A DNA stretch of 64,000 nt from positions 116,624,001 to 116,688,000 of the forward strand of contig CM059431.1 of the NCBI GenBank assembly GCA_030390025.1. The letters are read 5' to 3'. This document shows positions 61,466 through 64,000 of the stretch, one piece after another (within the stretch, counting starts at the first letter, position 1; every line of letters starts with the position of its first letter). The position numbers and the translations under genes were made by a program. This DNA comes from Squalus acanthias. Lineage: Eukaryota. Under the pieces are notes generated by a model that was not told the DNA's origin, did not search any database, and saw only the letters and a program-made list of their open reading frames with translations.

Positions 61466-64000
61466 GTCTAGGTTCGGATCGGTCATGGCCCTGTGGGTAG
61501 TGGAGCGGGCCCAGGGACTGTGTAGCCTGATTCTGCTCCTATTTCGTGTGTGCAATTCTGTTAGATGCAGGAGATGGTTCTGTGATAGATAGTAGATTGG
61601 CGGTTAGGATCAGATCAGCCATGATCTTATTGAATGGCGGAGCAGGCTCGAGGGGCCGATTGGCCTACTCCTGCTCCTATTTCTTATGTTCTTATGTTCT
61701 TAAAAGTATGAACAAGGATTTCAGTGGCAGTGGGGGTGAGGTAGGGGCCCAGGCAAGCAATATTCCAGAGATGGAAGTCACAGGGCTGGATTTTGATACT
61801 GGGGCGGGTTGGGGTCGTGTTATCCACCCGACTGCAATTGGATGTGGGAGATTGATGCAATTATCACCTAATTGGGCAATTGAATTCCAGCATGTGGGAA
61901 CCCATGAAGATTAAACTAACTAGTGGGGGGGAGGTTCCTAGAGAGCAAATAATAAAAATGACAACAGAGAAGGTCATAGTCTTAGGTAGCAGTGGGGAAA
62001 TTAAAAACCAGAGTGTGTCAGGAAGGGGCAGAAGGTATGGAGTAAAAGGTAAAGTAATAAAAAGGGCAAAAGCAGGAACTAAGTGTCACAAAACATATTT
62101 GAAATTTCTCTATCTGAATGCATGTAGCATTCGTAACAAAATAGACGAGTTAATGGCAGAAATAACTACATATGGGTATGATCTTGTGGCCATTACAGAA
62201 ACATGGCTGCAGGGTGACAATGCCTGGGAATGAAACATACCAGGTTATTTAATGATCAGGAAGGACAGGCAGGAAGGAAGGGGAGGTGGGGTGGCTATGT
62301 TAATAAAGGAAGGAATCACTGTAATACAGAGAAATGATATTGGGTCAAAAGATCAGGATAATGAAACAGTTTGGGTGGAGATAAGGAATAATAAGGGGAA
62401 AAAAACACTAGTGGGCGTAGTCTATAGGCCTCCGAACAGTTGCAACTCTGTTGGACGGAGTAGCAATCAGGAAATAGTTGAGGCTTGTAATAAGGGAACA
62501 TTTATAATTATGGGGGATTTTAACTATCATATTAATTGGACAAATCAAATTGGGCAGGGCTGCCTTGAGGATGAGTTCATTGAATGTATTAGGGATGGGT
62601 TTCTTGAGCAGTATGTAACTGAACCGACCGGGGGCAAGCAACCTTAGATCTGGTCCTGTGTAACGAGACAGGATTAATTAAAAATGTCCTAGTAAAGGAT
62701 CCCCTTGGAATGAGTGACCATAACATGGTTGAATTCCATATTCAATTAGAGGGTGAGAAGGTTGGATCTCAAACAAGCGTGCTAAGCTTGAATAAAGGAG
62801 ACTATGAAGGTATGTGAGCGGAATTGAGTAGAGTGGATTGGGAAAATAGATTAAAGGGAAAGATGATACATGATCAGTGGTGTACATTTAAGGAGTTATT
62901 TTACAACTTCCAAAAAAATATATATTCCACTGAGAAGAAAAGGGTGTAAAAGAAAAGACAGTCATCCGTGGCTAAGTAAAGAAATTAAGGATAGTATTTG
63001 ACTAAAAACAAGGGGCTCTAAGGTAGCCAAATCTAGTGGGAGGATAGAGGATTGGGAAAACTTTAAAAGACAGCAAAAAATAACAAAAAGATTGATTAAG
63101 AAAGGGAAGATAGATTATGAAAGTAAATTAGCAAAAAATATAAAAACAGATAGTAAGAGTTTTTATAGTTATATAAAAAGAAAAAGGGTGGCTAAAGTAA
63201 ATGTTGGTCCCTTAGAGGATGAGACCGGGAAATTAATGGTGGGAAATATGGAGATGGCAAAAACACTGAATGAATATTTTGTATCAGTCTTTACAGTAGA
63301 GGAAACTAAGAATATCCCAACACTGGACAAACAGGGGGCTATAGGGGGAGAGGAGCTAAACACGATCAAAATCACTAAGGAAGTGGTACTCGGTAAAATA
63401 ATGGGACTCAAGGCGGATAAATCACCTGGACCTGATGGCTTACATCCTAGAGTCTTGAAGGAAGTGGCGGTAGGGATTGTAGATGCATTGGTAATAATTT
63501 TTCAAAACTCCCTGGATTCCGCTAAGGTCCCGGCAGACTGGAAAACTGCTAATGTAACACCCTTATTTAAAAAGGGCAGTAGACAGAAGGCTGGTAACTA
63601 TAGACTGGTTAGCCTAACATCTGTGGTAGGTAATATTTTGGAGTCCATTATTAAGGAAACAGTAACAGGACATTTGGATAATCATAATTTAATAGGACAA
63701 AGTCAGCATGGTTTTACGAAGGGGAAGTCATGTTTGACAAATTTGCTGGAGTTCTTTGAGGAAGTAACATATAGAGTGGATAAAGGGGAACCAGTGGACG
63801 TAGTGTATTTAGACTTCCAAAAGGCATTTGACAAGGTGCCACACAAAAGATTATTGCTTAAGGTAAAAAATCACGGGATTGGGGGTAATATTCTGGCATG
63901 GATAGAGGATTGGCTATCTAACAGAAAGCAAAGAGTTGGGATAAATGGTTCATTCTCAGACTGGCAATCAGTAACTAGTGGTGTTCCACAGGGGTCAGTG

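Larger units (their letters stand above)
55497..64000 (+). repeat. Tandem array, period 3444 bp (CR1 ORF2 + 3' UTR + spacer + MITE-A end + CR1 ORF2 start), about 2.5 units visible
   Basis: Identical ORFs repeat at +3444 (58102/61546, 58436/61880, 58808/62252, 56281/59725/63169). Confidence 0.97.

Overview
Eukaryotic (vertebrate) non-genic DNA made almost entirely of nested transposable elements; no host protein-coding gene is recognisable. The repeat complement (CR1/HER1-type LINEs with (TTCTTATG)n/(TTTCTATG)n tails, a tRNA/Deu-domain SacSINE1-type SINE, GC-rich Harbinger MITEs) points to a cartilaginous fish (shark), by inference. Main contents: (1) a decayed envelope-bearing LTR element on the minus strand (21377-29400) with a tRNA-Lys PBS, coiled-coil gag N-terminus, GPY/F integrase and a long F-protein-like env (lokiretrovirus-like by inference). 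It sits in a circularly permuted arrangement between ~1-kb direct duplications and next to a solo LTR of the same family. (2) A 622-bp Penelope-type insert with ~128-bp inverted arms, each carrying a minimal hammerhead ribozyme. (3) A near-complete Gypsy element (33274-37717) with no tRNA PBS but a perfect 12-bp LTR/leader inverted repeat, suggesting self-priming. (4) Several PIF/Harbinger elements (one transposase+Myb, two Myb-only, many MITEs). (5) Several CR1 LINEs, including an almost intact full-length copy in a four-layer nest and a 3444-bp tandem array that runs off the right end. (6) A 1.65-kb solo LTR, plus L2 and RTE fragments.
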